Of a stretch of DNA of 64,000 bases, positions 63,226 to 64,000 are shown piece after piece. Position numbers and translations under genes: made by a program. The notes below the pieces were generated by a model. That model did no database searches and had not been told where the DNA came from. It saw only the letters and a program-made list of their open reading frames with translations. Each line of letters starts with the position of its first letter. The stretch's first letter is position 1. The DNA comes from Octopus vulgaris (lineage: Eukaryota). The DNA lies in the NCBI GenBank assembly GCA_951406725.2, contig OX597818.1, forward strand, positions 146,878,001 through 146,942,000, read 5' to 3'.

Positions 63226-63793
63226 ATGAGTTGGTGGTAATCACCACAGAAATAGATAGTAATGATGAGGCATCCAGGTGGCACCTGACGGTGTGAGGTG
63301 AGTAGTATTGAGTTGATGCTGAATACTTCATCTTTTGAGGCAAATTCATACATTGTTTAGGGAGTAGAACTGGCCCCAAGCAAGGCTTTTCTTCAATTTA
63401 AAAATCTTCAGGAACAAACATCACTTAATTTTTATTTCTATTATATGTTGCATGCCATGGCTGGTCATAGCTGAAATAGGCAAAACATTTAATGAAAAAT
63501 TCCTTGATGGAATAAAGGCATGTGTGTCCATGTCGGTGGTCACTTCCCTGAACATCTACTGCAAGAGGTGCCCATCGTTTCCATATCAGTGCAAAAGAGT
63601 GTAAGTCCCTAACAGGACTGAAAACATCCATGCTGTTTTGAGAGAACAGTTAAATGATGTCAACACTCGAAATAAAGATGCCCCCAGTATGTGTGCATGG
63701 ATGGATATGTGTGAGTTGGTGGTATCTTTAAAGAACTAGTTAGTAATGATGAAGTATCCAGGTGGCACCTGAAGGTACAAGGTGAGTAGTAGT
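63226..63793. repeat. ~85-bp diverged direct repeat (63226-63309 and 63711-63793) in a probable old retroelement remnant
   Basis: gagttggtggta...tagtaatgatga.g.atccaggtggcacctga.ggt...aggtgagtagta occurs twice. Confidence 0.6.
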
Positions 63794-64000
63794 GGGTAAG
63801 TGTTGCAAAAGTGTATGGGGTGGAGAGATAGGGGAACTGGGCAAGAGGCGTAAAGATTAGGAAGGGTTGAGGGGAGGAAATGCATGAGATGAAGAAGTTA
63901 GAGGGATGCTAGCTGTAGGGTAGAAATGATGATACAGTTGAGAGAGGGAGCAGAAAGATGACATGTTTGGGTAGGCTGCAGGAGCAGGGTAGAGAAACAG

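Overview
AT-rich, CpG-depleted eukaryotic DNA that is intronic or intergenic. It is crowded with microsatellites, tRNA-derived SINEs and decayed transposons. The repeat families resemble those of an octopus/coleoid cephalopod (my recognition, not a database result). No bacterial-type genes, rRNA, intact tRNA or CRISPR arrays were found. Recognisable elements: an RTE LINE with a PHD-like finger (25.4-28.0 kb), an R4/Dong-type RLE LINE in a (TAA)n tract (41.5-44.4 kb), CR1- and RTE-like fragments, pogo, Tc1, maT/DD37D and mariner fossils, two piggyBac-type MITEs, a non-autonomous Helitron, and Penelope-like remnants with minimal hammerhead-like motifs. The best host-gene signal is a probable first coding exon at 60693-60807 with an X-box (RFX-type site) just downstream. 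The most unusual observation is an unclassified repeat family (family X here). It occurs twice as foldback + ~43 bp hairpin tail + 10-15 bp flanking direct repeat (28.8 kb and 59.3-59.9 kb), once as older degenerate copies (38.2-38.6 kb), and once captured inside the Helitron. All alignments, counts and translations were done by eye, so boundaries of old repeats are approximate.
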